Assembly: GCA_009103225.1 (NCBI GenBank)
Contig: RHPI01003330.1
Coordinates: 426,635 to 490,634, forward strand
Origin: Chlorokybus atmophyticus
Lineage: Eukaryota > Plantae > Mesostigma and Chlorokybus algae
Length of the DNA: 64,000 nt
Reading direction: 5' to 3'
Shown here in pieces: positions 10,710 to 24,087 of this stretch. The number at the start of each line of letters is the position of its first letter. Within the stretch, counting starts at the first letter, position 1. Position numbers and translations under genes: made by a program. The notes under the pieces are model-generated. The model was not told where the DNA came from, ran no database searches, and was given only the letters and a program-made list of their open reading frames with translations.

Positions 10710-13700
10710 ATGCAGACCTGCGAGAGGCTGCTGGTGCTCAACGCCTCATCCGACAGCCTGCTTTCCAAGGCAAGCCAATTGCCAAGTCAAGTTACTTGTC
10801 CACCACTGAAACACATATGCCACACACATGCCACACACATACACAACAACACCACACAACCACACGCAGGTGTACAGTTTGAAGCGCGCGTGCCCGCGTC
10901 TGCTGGACCCCCACCCCCCGCGCGCGTGCGCCGCGCTCGTCAAACGCTTCCCCGAACACCCGCGCGGCCTCATGCTTGACAAGGTGGCTGTTGATGTTGG
11001 GATGGCTGGTGCTGTTGCGGGTTTGCAACAACTCACCAACGTATGCGTATGAGTTTGTAGGGTGACAAGAATGGGGCGGAGGCGTTGAGAGCGAGTGCAC
11101 CGAAGGTGCTGCTGGCGCTGCAGCCGTGGTACACGGTATGTGTAATGTGTATCAATTGCGCAAACAGACATGCACACACAAGCACGCGCATGCAGGCACA
11201 CAAACACATGCGCGCGCGCACCTTCAGCACGTCCCCGCTGCGCAGGTGTTGGTGGACTTCGTGCTCTTCCACGACCACGCCATCAAGCTGCTCACTGAGA
11301 CCAGCGCCACAGTGACTGATTTCTCCGTACGCATAACATCAACTCTATGCTTGATAGCTTCACGCAGTTGCAAGATAAGTAACTCGACTCAAACTTTTGA
11401 CTCTGCACCCAGGCAAGAAGGAACCCCGTTGTACTGCATGGCTTCATGAACCTGCTGTGCGGGCTGGTGAAGCTGCACCTCCTATGCGCGCAGGCAAGCA
11501 AGAGTGTTGATGGCAGAATGAGGAAACATACTAGTAACTAATGTATGTGCTTGTGCGTGTGGACTCCAGTTGCCGTGCAAGCTGTTGGTGCAGCTGTACG
11601 CGCTGTGCGTGTTCAACTACGGTGGGACAGACCACCCGCTGCACGCCAGGTGGACACTGGTGGTATTCGTTTGCTTGGTCCAAAGTCTCTACTCTGTGCT
11701 TACATATCATGGCCATACAACGCAGGCTGGTGGGGTTCATTGACACGTACGAAGTGCCGGTCCCGCAGCTCCAAGTACAGCTGCAGATCTGCGCCACGCG
11801 CATCAGCGAGGCAAGCGGGACTCGCGCATGTGTGCTGGCACATGGTTGTTAGCATGTGCCGGAGCTTGTGTGAGTAAGTTTATGTATGTGCGTGCGGGTG
11901 GGCGGGCGGGCGGGCGGGAGTGTGCGTGTGCGTGTGTGGGCATATGTAAGTGAGGGCACATGTGCATTTGTACGTATGTATGTGCGCATGCGTGCGTGCA
12001 TGCATGTGACTGTGTGTGGCCATGTATAATTGAGTCCATGTGTCCGGGTGCATGCGTACGCGCACTGTGTGGACATATGCGTGGCCATGAGCGCACCATG
12101 AGTGTCTGTGCGCGTGAGTGCCTCAACATCCATACACAGCTGAAAACACAACGTATCAAGAATACTTATAGGTGCTCGAGTCCGTTGCCGCCCCTCCGCT
12201 GCTACTGTTCTCCACCACCGTACGCCGCCTCCGCACCGACAACCTCCTCTGCCCTTACGCCAGCCCCAATCAACAACAACAGCAACCACCCAACAGCAAA
12301 GACAACCACAGCGGGCCCACAACTGTCGCTGACTCACCAGTAAACACGAACACGAACTCTGTCTCATCTCGAGCACAAAACCAAACATGACACCTTCTTC
12401 ATGTTTGTCCATCTCCTCTTTCAGGTGTACGATGACTTGGCGCACCTGTCGAGCTACAAAGCGTGGGTGCTGTTCGGCGTGCTGGCGTGCCCGGGTGCCC
12501 TCGCGCTTGCGCCCTCACATACAACAGCGCTCAAAGCAGCACTATCGGACGGGATACTCGTCTCGTTGTGGCGAGACGAGGTACAAGTGTTGCTGTTGTT
12601 GTTGTTGTGGTGGTGGTGGTGTTGTTAACTAGTGTGTCTTTGCATCGAAGGTGATTTGCGTGCATGAGGAGTACGCCTTGCACGTGCACTCGCACTTGGC
12701 CAATCTGGCAGCCCATCTCAAGAAGGAGAGCAAGCACACGGACAACAAGCAACAACAGCACCAAATACACCAACAACATGTTGTTGGTGCTGTTCTGGAC
12801 CACAAAGCCACCAAACACCTGGTCCACGACGCGTACGACGCGGCGGTGAAGCAGTCCGGCGGCCTGCATCGGGAACGGCGAACACTACTGCGCCAGGAGA
12901 TGAAGAGGCTCGTTGGGTACTTTGCTGAGCAACCGGGCGTCATTGCGCCCAAGCTGCCGGTACGTGGTGTGTGCGTGCGTGCGCGCATCTGTGCGTATGC
13001 AAACACGCCCTCGCGCGTGTACGCGTGCGTGTGTGTGTTGTCGCAATCTGCCAATCCCCACCAACAATTTTGTTGCCAGCTTGCGTTGGCGGCGTTAGCG
13101 CTTGTCAAAGATGAGGTCGAGTGGTGCGTGCGGCACGCTGCCGGCGTCTCGCAGGGGCAGCAGCGCGCGAGAGCGAGTGGCGCAAAGCTGCCGCCCGTTC
13201 AGCCCAAACCACAGGTACTTTATGTTGCGCACTGTGGGGTCGTGCAGTGTAGTATGGATGAGCCATGGCGTGCTGCATCCATGAAGATGTTGTGTATGTG
13301 TGTGGGTCTGCACGTGTTGTGTAGGGTGACTTGAGTACGACTGTAATCACATATTATGTATCGTATCTGCTAGGTAGGGTAGCATTGTGTCGTCAATCTG
13401 GCCAGCAGTAATGCCAGTTGTGAGCCGCAAGCGGGCCGAGCATGCCGTTGGTTCAGTTTCACATGGTCATTTGTCCCGCAGGACTTCCACGACCCGCTGC
13501 TGGGCGAGCTCATGGTCGACTCGGACGCCCTCTCCCAACTCATCCTCAAATACAAGCGAGGTACACACTTACCCTCCCCCGCCCCCNNNNNNNNNNNNNN
13601 NNNNNNNNNNNNNNNNNNNNNNNNNNNNNNNNNNNNNNNNNNNNNNNNNNNNNNNNNNNNNNNNNNNNNNNNNNNNNNNNNNNNNNNNNNNNNNNNNNNN

Positions 13701-16700
13701 NNNNNNNNNNNNNNNNNNNNNNNNNNNNNNNNNNNNNNNNNNNNNNNNNNNNNNNNNNNNNNNNNNNNNNNNNNNNNNNNNNNNNNNNNNNNNNNNNNNN
13801 NNNNNNNNNNNNNNNNNNNNNNNNNNNNNNNNNNNNNNNNNNNNNNNNNNNNNNNNNNNNNNNNNNNNNNNNNNNNNNNNNNNNNNNNNNNNNNNNNNNN
13901 NNNNNNNNNNNNNNNNNNNNNNNNNNNNNNNNNNNNNNNNNNNNNNNNNNNNNNNNNNNNNNNNNNNNNNNNNNNNNNGCGCAGAGTCGATGAAGGTGAG
14001 GGAGGGGGGGAGGGAGGGAGGGAGGGAAGTTGGGTGGGTGGGTGGGTGGTTGGGAGGGTGGGGGGCATGCCGAGTGGCTTGCGGTTGCAGGCGTTAAGGT
14101 TGGACTGCGCGAGGTTGGCGGCGTTAGCCCTGTCGTCAAAGGTGTCGTTGGCGCTGCGGGCGCACTGCGCTTCATCATCGGTGTCGGCGGGACTGCCCGA
14201 TGCGTGCGCCGCCTTGGCTTCAGTAGCATCGTGGGCCAGGTATACAACTGCATTTGCTACGAGATGTGTGATTTATCACGCCGGTATGTGACTGTTGCTG
14301 TTGCTGTTGCTGTTGTTGTTGTTGTTGTTGTCGTTGTTGTTGCTGTTGTTGTTGTCGTTGTTGTTGGGTTTCAAGAAGAGCCAGTCCCCATGCCTTGCAA
14401 ATCCCACAGGTACGTGGACGAGTTTGCTGAGGTTGTGGCCGAGCGCGCCTCTCTCGCGGGACTATTTGAGTACCGGCATCATGTACTGAAGGTGGGGCTG
14501 AGAGGGCAATGCCTGCGCTATCATCTTGCTACCTTGCTACCTTCCATTGCACAACAGAATGACGTGAGTTGGATTGTGACGTGTTGGATACTGACCTGTC
14601 GTGAGCTGCACAGATGCAAGCGGCTTGGGCCGAGGCCAGCCCTTCAAGCTGCCTTGCGGTCCTGCAGGTCTGCCCAAGAAACCCCGACACACTGTTACTG
14701 ACCGAGGTACAACACAATACAACACACGCACCCGCGCCCCTACGTACACCAGCACACTAGCACGCACACGCATGCGCCTGCATCTGTGCGCACGCGCACG
14801 CGCACACCGACACAGGCACGTTCGCCCACTCAAGTAACACACAACGCCGTTCTCTCCAGGTGGTGTCCTTCGCCCAATCATCCCTCGCCTCCTGCGCAGC
14901 CACTCTCACTCGCGCATTGGACGGCTTGGCATCCTCGCGCGCAGAGGTTCTGACCGAGGGCGTGTCCATGGCAGCCGCGGCTCGCAGAGTGATCACTTCG
15001 GTCACCGCCACGGGAGGCGGCAAGGGCAAGAAGGGCGGCGCGGCGGCGGCGGCGGGGGAGGCCATGGCGACGAGGAGACTGCCGGGGTGGGAGAGCAGGA
15101 GGGAGGCGGCGGGGGAGATTGAGAGGTGAGGGAGGGAGGGAGGGAGGAGGGGTGGTTTGCGTGCATGCTTCTTCCTTTACAAATATGAGTATGTACGCTG
15201 CGTGCACGTGCGTAATGGCCCTGCACTTTACGTACAAGCTCTCGGATGACCTGGTTCTGCAGAGAAGCGCTATCAATCTCTTGTAACAGCGACAACCCAA
15301 TCTAAAGGTCGTTTCATTGGACAGGTTACAGCATTACCTGGACGTTGGGATCGGGACAGCCGCAGCGTTGAATGCGGCAGGTCCGGTGCACATCGGCCCA
15401 CATGTCCTCGACCCAAGACTGGTACTTCTGCACGCGCACGCGCGCACGCACCCGCGCATGCACCCGCTTGCAACTATTACACGCGCACACGTATGGTACA
15501 CACCTGTGCACTCAAGCGTGCGCGCGCACACATACACACATGCACGCACGCATGCGCACGTGCGTGTCTGTGTGCATGCTGAACCACCCTGACCACCCGC
15601 AGTCCCTTCTGGACGCCCTGCGTTCCTGGCTGCGTCTCCGCGTGCGCGACTCCTGCTCCTCCGTCGACTCCGCCGCCGCTCTGAGGGGCGTGGAGGGCAG
15701 GGTCGAGGGGCTGATCGCGGCCGTGCGCATGATAGAAGCACAAAGTATGTTCGAGGAGGAGTCTTTGTGGGCTTGGGATTTGTCACAATAGACTGATCCG
15801 ATATTGTGCAGTGAATGTGGATGTGCAGCAGCTCCTGCAAGAAGTGCTGCTGTCTGAAGCTGGCAGGCAAGTTGGAAGGCATCGGTGTTACTCAGTACTG
15901 CCTGCGGTTGTGGTTGTTGTTGTGGTTGTTGTGGTTGTTGTTGTTCTACCAACACTCACAATTGGTTCACAGCAAGTTGATTGACAAGGGCGAGACAGCC
16001 GCGCAGAGCATCGCTCAATGGTAAGTGCCTACTGCTGACAAAGTTGTTGCAATGTATGACGTGTAAGAGACGTCCCAACCACATTTTCACGGTGCAGGTG
16101 CACAAATGCCGTGATCCGTGACGCTAAGACCACCCTCGCAGTGTACTCCCCCTTCCTCAACAGCTTCGTGCACGCCAAGACCGGCAAGGCAAGTTGTGTC
16201 TGGACCAGTTGTCAACCTCGCCATCATCACCTTCATCATCATCCTGTTGCAGACCGTGCTTGGGGAGAGCGAGCTGGCGGCGTTCGTGCGGGTGTTTGGG
16301 CCCGGCGGCGCCCGCGTGCTGATGGAGCGCATCACAACGTGCATGCGCGAGTGCATCAGAGACATCGAGGTCAGATTGGGTGGTTGTTGGGTTGCTGTCT
16401 GATGTTGGCTTTAATGATGGTAATAATGCATGCAGAGTGTTGTCACAGCCAACTCAACAATTCTTCATGAGTTGTCATTGGCGTTCCAGCACGAGTCAAT
16501 GCGAGCAGCGTGCCTGAAGAAGTTCACCGGTAAGTGGTGTCACACCATCTTATAGCAAGCCCACCACATTCACCCTCTTCTTGTCGTGTGTCCAGACGTG
16601 GATGCTCTCACAACAAGCATGCTCGTTCTCGGGCAGTGCCTGGCATTGCGACGGGTGCTTGCGGCAACGGCCCGAGACGGCGTGTCCACATTGTCATGGG

Positions 16701-17899
16701 AGTTGCTCGCGGCCGCTTGCGTGACTGCGAGTGATAATAGTGGTCCCAAGGCTTCTGTCCTTCAGGATGGTTGTCATGTGTACACGCAGGATGACAAGGA
16801 TGTTGTGGTGGCTGCGATGGTCTCATCGGAGCGTGCAAGCGGTGAGTGTTGACTTTGTTGAGGTTGTGTAAGCACACCAGTGTTCAGTATTTATATACGT
16901 ACTGTGTCGCAGGTCATGACAGCAAATGGCAGTTGCTGCTGCCTGTGGCGTTTGCGGCCGTGTTTGCATCTACTGCAGCGTGGAAACATGCCGAGTACAA
17001 CGCCAAGACACAAGGTGCGTGTGTGTGCATGCGTGTGTGCGAATGTGCATGCGTGCGTGCGAATGTGCATGCGTGCGTGTTGTGTATACGCGTGCGTGTA
17101 TATGCACAGAACCACCACGTACACAATGCAACTCTCCCATTATCACAGCAAAGATGCGTACCCACTCTCTCTCCCCCCTCACGTGCAGCTCTCAGCAACA
17201 ACATGAACTGTCTCGCCCTCTCCCTCCCCGCCCTCTTATCCGCCTGCACCTCCACAAGCGCGTCAAACAAAGACGCGCCGCTGGGCCGGTTCGTGCGGTG
17301 CGCGGGCGCGGTGACGCTCGGCCTGGCGTCCTCCAACCAAGCGAATGCCGGCAGCGGCAGCGGCAAAGGCGCGAGCCACAACCAGACGCTGGAGAGCCAG
17401 CTGTGTGGGAAATTGGCCGTTCTCAATCAGGTAAGGGTTGTGTGTGACGCGTCTCACAAGTACACAACTGTGCGTGTACATGTGCATGCGCACATGGGCA
17501 CGCATGCACGCGCACAAACACATGTGTTCACGCGTGTATGTGTGTGTGCGCGCGAGCGCGCACGTGCGTGCCTGCGTGCCTGCCTGCCTGCGTGCCTATG
17601 CGTGCGTGCGTGCGTGCATGCGTGCGTGTGTGGGGAACACGTGCACGCATGCGCCTGTATGCTTGTGAACGGGTGGTTGCGCGCGCGCGCATGCGTGCGC
17701 TGCACACACACATATCAACCCACTCCTACATCCTCCATTTCATAGATTTCCGAGCACCACCATCTCTCTCCCCTCCCCCGCGCCGTCCCCTCCGCCCTCC
17801 TCCGCTCCGTCCTCCGCCGCGCCACGCAGCAGCCTCACCAGGTTGGAGGTGCGAGTGGTGCGGGTGATGCGGCTATCGGGGACGGGGAGGATGTCGTGA
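10710..17899 (+). CDS. NAP1: Nck-associated protein 1 (NAP1/NCKAP1/HEM family), SCAR/WAVE complex subunit; spans an N gap
   Basis: Exons CAALVKRFPEH, NPVVLHGFMNLLCGLVKLHL, RRLVGFIDTYE, DLAHLSSYKAWVLFGVLACP, LHRERRTLLRQEMKRLVGYFAEQPGVIAPKL, LALVKDEVEW, ELAAFVRVFGPGG follow the order of Arabidopsis NAP1 motifs as I recall them. Start and stop approximate. Confidence 0.88.
13587..13978. other. Assembly gap (N run) inside NAP1
   Basis: Run of n characters. Confidence 0.99.
14291..14366. repeat. (GTT/GCT)n trinucleotide repeat in a NAP1 intron
   Basis: Read directly. Confidence 0.9.
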
Positions 17900-18483
17900 G
17901 GCTGGAAGGGAGGAGGAGGTCGTCGGTGCTGGGGGCGTTCCTGGAGAGGAGGATGTCGAAGTGAGGTGGTGTGAGTGTAGTTGTGATAGCAGTGCTGGTT
18001 AGTTTGTACTTGATCTAGTGAGCTTTGGTGTTGAGCGTTGACATCGCATGGTGAGCGGTGTACAATGCACATGGACGGACAGGTCCTAGTCAAACGATGT
18101 CAACAGCCAACCCGCAGCTCTTGGGTTTTGAGGCACGGTTGTGTGTGAGACTCCCTTTTGCTTGCGAGCATTGCGTGGATGCACGCAGCGTGCATCCGCG
18201 CGCACGCGAACTCGGGAACAGCACGCAGTCTAGGTGTTTGTTGCTGTGTGATGTGTGACAAGCGTGCAATTGCTGTTGCCGAACGGGTGTGTTGTGTGTA
18301 CGGTTGAGCTACCATGAGACACAACACTAAAACCCAATTTGCATACACCTGAACGATCCCAGTCCCGGCACACCCGACGCTTTAGGTAGAGCATAGGTTA
18401 GGCCACCAACTTCGTAGAGGCGGGGAAGTGCGGAGGCGGAGGCGGAGGCAATGGGCATACGGCGGCGGCGGCGGCGGCAGTAG

Positions 18484-20422
18484 CATGGGGGGGCAGCGGC
18501 GTGTTGGGCTGTCGGCTGCAGCTCTGTGCTTGTTGTCGGTGACCTTGCTGGTGTTGGCCCTACTGTCGTCGCCGTCCGGGGCGGCAGCGACTGCCGCCTC
18601 TATCGCCGACCTGAGGCCCGCCTGCGACCGGGTCAGGAGCAGGACGGCCAGGGCTATCCTTGAGCAGGCACGAGCTTGTGCGTTCCTATCGTGACTGGGT
18701 TGGGTCAGTTGGTCTTTCGCTGTAAGAGAGTTATGTGAGCAAGTTCCTACAGCTTTGATTACTTGCCAGTTGCTAACTAGGCGCCATGCAAATTCTATTC
18801 AAGCCTCATGCATGGCGTGTGGCTGATGATGATAGCTTTGCTTCTTTGCTTTTGGCGATTTGGCATGGGGCCTTGTTTAATCAGGTTCAATCGGGGATGG
18901 TGGAGTTGGCCATTGCATGTGTGTTGCCAGCGTACTTTGTGCCATGCACAGTGACATTTCAAGCTTCGCTAGCAGGCGTCATTCATCGCTTCACACACTG
19001 CACACAAGCAAAACCACATACAGCAGTAGTAGCAGACTCTCGACTGACTACTCTCTTGTGTTGCGTCACACCCACAGTACGTGTACCCGTTGTCGAAGCG
19101 TCGCAAGTACTCCCCTTCACCCTCTTCTTGCCCGTTCTTCCCCGAGGGTGCCGCGGACGTGTTCGCCGCGCACGACGCCGCGCGGGCGGAGGTACGGCGC
19201 GGACACTGGCGATGCGGACTGTGCGGGAAGGCATTCCGGGGATCGGAGTATTTGGACAGGCACTTTGATAATCGGCACGCCGATAGCATACCCGCTGTAA
19301 GTGGAGCGACACAACAACTCGTTGTGTGCATATGCGCGTGTGCGCGTGCATGTGTAAGCGCGACCGTGTGTATGACTGCGTGCTTGCGTGTGCGTGTCCA
19401 TGTGCGTATGCTTGCACGCGCAGTTGCACATGTGTGCACATGTGTAGTGGAGAGCCAGCCATTCCTTGTGCATACGCGTGTCAGTTTGTGCACGCGCATG
19501 CATGCACGGGTGTGCACGCGTGCGCATGTGTGCACATGCATGCGTGGCTGTGCGCATGTCCATTCATGTGTGTTGCGTCTGGTGAAGTGCCTCAAGGGTG
19601 TGACATAATGTTGTTTGGGGCCAGAATGCAACCGTGTGCTTGGCGGATTACTGCGACATCCTGCACTGTGATGAGTACGAGCAGGGCGCTGCAGCTTTGA
19701 GGAAGTGCGATGCTCGTAAGATGGAGTCCGTGCGCCACCGCTGTGAGGTGAGTGTTGGCTCAACTCATCTCATCTACATGTTATCTTAATGTCATCAACC
19801 ATTGTTGCTTTGTCTGCAGGTTGTCTCACACACGTGCTTTCCTGTGGACGCCGGCAAAGATGCTCGGCTTCTTGCAGGTGCTTGTGTACTTGGCAATGAT
19901 ATCAGATTGGAGCAGTAAACGTGCCAGGTTGAAAGCTGGTAAATGTGTGTGCGTGTGTCGTGTAGACGCGTTTACCAAGCGATTCTGTGACACACACGCG
20001 TGCAACCGCAAGCAGCCGGCCGTGGTGAAGAAGCCGGTTCGTGCAACACAGCACTGCAGGCACACATGCCTGCTTGCTTGTACAAACCAGTCACCCAACG
20101 CCTCTTTATGATGATGTCTGTCAACAGGACAATGGAGCCGAACGTGTATTGTACATGATGGCGGTCATCACCATGTTCATCCTGCTAGCTGGCCTATATC
20201 TTGGGGTGTGGCTGTATCGTAGGTGTGTGAAGTGCATATACACATGCTCTGCAGTTTTGTTGTGACCACAACAAAAAGGTGGTCCGTAATCATGTTGACA
20301 TGTGGGTTGCATGCATGTGCAGCGATCTGGTGACTGGTCGAGGCGATCTCAAGCGGCTGAGGCGGAGCAACAATGCGTTCATAGCATCACTTTGGGGTGC
20401 CAGGAAACAAAAACAGTACTGA
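18484..20422 (+). CDS. Signal-peptide, Cys-rich single C2H2 zinc-finger protein with C-terminal TM helix (plant At5g63280-like family)
   Basis: Signal peptide LCLLSVTLLVLALL; CDRVRSRTARAIL; WRCGLCGKAFRGSEYLDRHFDNRH; CLADYCDILHCD; FCDTHAC; TM VLYMMAVITMFILLAGLYLGVWLY; basic tail DLKRLRR...QKQY*. Confidence 0.8.
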
Positions 20423-23297
20423 TTGTGATTGACAGGTGTTTGTGGCAACTAGTACAAGTGTTATGGAGTGCGTGCACCCCCTTCCCCCCGGGGGTTACAT
20501 GGCAGCATTGTGCAGCATGCGCTTATGTGTACAGAGGAAAAAACGTTACTGTGAGTCCACTGGCTTGGTCTTGCTGTTTGCACTCATGGTTTGGCTACAT
20601 TGCCTAGCTGTTGGGTGCGTGGCGCGTGTTCCGGAGTAGGGTTTATGCAGACATCCAAGGCTAATCGTTTTGGGCGTACATGTGCTACTACTCGCCGCCA
20701 CCTCCTTCACTGCCCCATCGGCTGCAACTCACAGCGGCTGTATGGTTAGCATTTGGAGCTTTGACATGCATGCGGGCAGTGAAGCCCTCTGCTCCCCGCA
20801 CTCCACGCCCCCAACCTACTCTTACTTGTATCACCGACGCAACATGCAGCCACCAGCAGGGAGCGACCGCATAACAGGGACAGAGCAGATTAATCGGGAT
20901 GTACCAGGACCGCCCCGCTACCGCCACCTTCTACACCTTAGCCTGGAGACTCACGAAACGCTGGGCCAGGCCTTCCACCATGTGCTCGACGTCTGCGCCC
21001 GCAAGGCGGTGGCCTCACATGACTGCCTGGCTTTCTGCAAGGGTGGCATGCAGTACAGCGTGCGCAGGGACTAACGGTGCTGGAAAGGGGTGCGGCCGTT
21101 GTGGCAGCAGTTTCGGACTGAAGACCCTTGCAGACAACAGTAGAGGTAGACGCAGTGCTAGCTGCGGGGTAGTTGCGCACAGTTGAGCGCGTATGACTGT
21201 GTGGCGCACACAATCATGCCCACCTGGCAGGCATGGCTGCTTGTACAGCTCCCCATCCTCTATTATCAGTGACACGCAAGCATTCGCTGTCTGTGCTGCA
21301 ACTATACGTAATGGCCACCATGCCCAACCATACACAACAAATCACCATCCTCGACGCACTACCCCGCCATGCTAAGCAAGCGTGTCTGAACATAGATGAA
21401 CTTTCACGCTCATGTTGTGAAGAAGTCTGATAATTCTACTTACTCTGTCTTGCGCTCATCCTACCTTTACAAGCGGACCTGGCTGCTGCGCGCGATGCGC
21501 CCGATAGAGGAGGCGGGCGTGGTGCTAGCAGGCGTGGCTTAAGTGTTGTACTTAATGCGGCGCTGTTGCGTTGATGTGGTTGGGTGTCGGTGTAGTGAGC
21601 ATGGACGCCGTGTATGTACTGTTGCTCTTCTTGTAATGTAAATAATGTTTGATGATGTACACTGACAGTTGATAATCAACCATTTGCGCATCCATCTTAA
21701 TATATGAAAAGGATTACCTGAAGGCATGAGCAGACTCTAAGTGATGCCGAGCAAAATGCATCGGAGACAACTATCGTAATGGGCAAAGTTGTAGCATAAA
21801 ACAGCATGCATCAAACCGTATTATGTTAAGGCTACAACGCAACAACGTAATGTTAAGTTGCAAGGCTTTGCCGAGATCAAGTGCACACAAGATGTAAGGA
21901 GAGGGGGTGCTACCTCCTCCCTTCAATCCCCTACCACAACACCGTCTCCAGCCACGCCGCCGCCAGGGGCAATCGCTGGAGCAGAAGATATCCCCTGGCT
22001 ATGGTTGCTGCTGCATTAGCAGTGCCGCCATACAGCTGATATCAACATGAGACTCATGTCCGATGTCAATATCCGTGTTACAGATAAGTAACACTACATT
22101 AAGGCCTTTTCACTATGTGACGGTGCTCGTGCCTTGTCACCTGTGAGTTGGTCCAATCAACAACTCTCTCACCAAGGCACGGTATTAACATCGGAACCTT
22201 GCCCTCTGCTAAGCACACACGCGCGTTCCGCCACTTGCGTACGCACGCGCACGCGCTTGAAGCTACACACCGACTTGTGTAACGATGCATCGTTGCACAA
22301 GCAAGCACACACTAGTGGACACACGCTAGCAACCCCTGCTAACCACCACCAGGCTTGCACACAAGAAACTAGGAAGCTAAAGGAGCTAAATTGCACATTG
22401 TAGAATATCGCTTTTACACTACCAGTCTGCACATGCTACTGTTTAGACGATTCCCGTGCTACACAAAACTACATGCTAAGATGTTATTGTGAAACCTTGT
22501 AGTATACTTTTAGACCTTTCTTACACACAAAAGATCTCATGATTAGGTGCTCATATGATCAAGTTACACTACTTGGCGCCAGGCCCTTCCTGAAATCTGG
22601 TCGAGCCTTTCTCGACTGGCCCTCCGTTGTTTTGCACCTTCCGGACTGGTCTTATGGCCGCGGTCCGTATCCGCGGCAGACTCATAACTCGCCTATGTCT
22701 GCCACAAGTCATGAAAACGTGGTGCTCGATAAATGGGCCAAAAGGTCAAAAAATTATACAACTTGACCTCGTCTGCTACACACTAAGTCAACGGCCTCAA
22801 TACGGCTCAATTGGCTGTATATACCGGTTTGAGCCCTTATTTGATCATAAATAAGGGCAGGGAATGTTTATGGAGGTAGCATTTTGTTACATTCCCCCCC
22901 ACTTGGGGTTTTATGTCCTTATTGAAGGGATAGCAAAGCCCCACCATGAGCACTGCAGTGAGAAAATCAAGGCCGAAGCGGTAAAGATGTTTATAGAGGT
23001 AGCACACCGTTACATAAGAGATGCTGTTGGAGAGGATGCTATATAGATGTTAAGAAAAAAGAGGTGCAGTCAGCAAGCACAAGTAAGAGCAGGAGTAGCG
23101 ACTTCACCTGCCAGCAACACGCAGAGATGTTGACGATGCTCACGCTGCAAGGCGTGCTGATGTGAACTGCATTGTTATGTGCGTTCTTGCATTTTGGTCC
23201 CTTTGATCTACCCTAGGGAGCACCCACATTATGACAGGTACGACCACCGAGGGCTTAATGCATGATGCAAAATAACGGCGAAGTAGCTTTTGATGAA

Positions 23298-23366
23298 GAC
23301 GGGCTTGGCCGAGGCCGAGGCGGCGATGGTGGGCATGTTCGCAACGGCGGAACTGATGGCAGCCAC
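23298..23366 (-). pseudogene. Inverted, decayed copy of RbcS exon 1 (transit-peptide start)
   Basis: Reverse complement matches 24498-24566 at 57/69 nt by my count; ATG is GTG; VAAISSAVANMPTIAASASAKPV vs [23 protein letters not shown]; similarity ends after 23 codons. Confidence 0.8.
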
Positions 23367-24087
23367 AGTAGGCCTAACTGGCAGCTTGCGGCGCTGAACT
23401 GAAATTATGCTGCAACTTCCCAACACAACTGCCAAGGCTTTGCTCGAGTTTATCCTCAGCCATGGAATAAATATTCCCTCTTGCCGGGCCCGAGTCGGGC
23501 CACCGGACCGCTGCGTTGAGTCGTCAGCTGCGATTTACCGACAGCCTGGCAAAGGTTGAGAGCCAGAAAACGCTTCATCAATAGAATGCAGTTGCCACTT
23601 TGCAGGCGGCGGCGACGCGTCCTCGGTTAACTCGGTTGTGTGAGTGACCAAGGCCTTACAGTGTTGGAGGTGGCTAGGCTAGCAACTAGCCGCCTGCAGG
23701 CAGTTCAGGCGGCTCCGATATCATAGCATAGAGCGGTATTTGTGACTTGAAAACCGCAGCGGCTATGATATCGTTATGGCACTCGATGTTGCAACGATAT
23801 CTTTGGTTCAGCGTCTCGGTTTGCTTCGCTGCGCCGCAAGCAAGGCTGTACTCTCGACCGGCCAATTGCGCAGACCGAGAGCGCAAAAAGCCGCCCGTTG
23901 CGTCAATAGATTGCACTTGCAAGGCACCCGCCGCCGTTTCAATAAATATACATATGTGTGGACGGCCAGCAGCGCAAGGCCGCCACACAGACTACTGCGG
24001 CAACGACGCGGCGCGCCGTTGGTCCAGCCATTGCGTTAAGGCGGACCGGTCCCACCGGCTTTACCACAGGCTGCATGACCGATTCAA

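Noticed and set aside
13370-14291. ORFs of 180-260 aa spanning Xs
   Set aside because: Gap artefacts; the real coding parts are short NAP1 exons.
16846-17745. 299-aa ORF rich in CVRA/HTH repeats
   Set aside because: Reads through NAP1 introns made of RY tracts; only short internal parts are exons.
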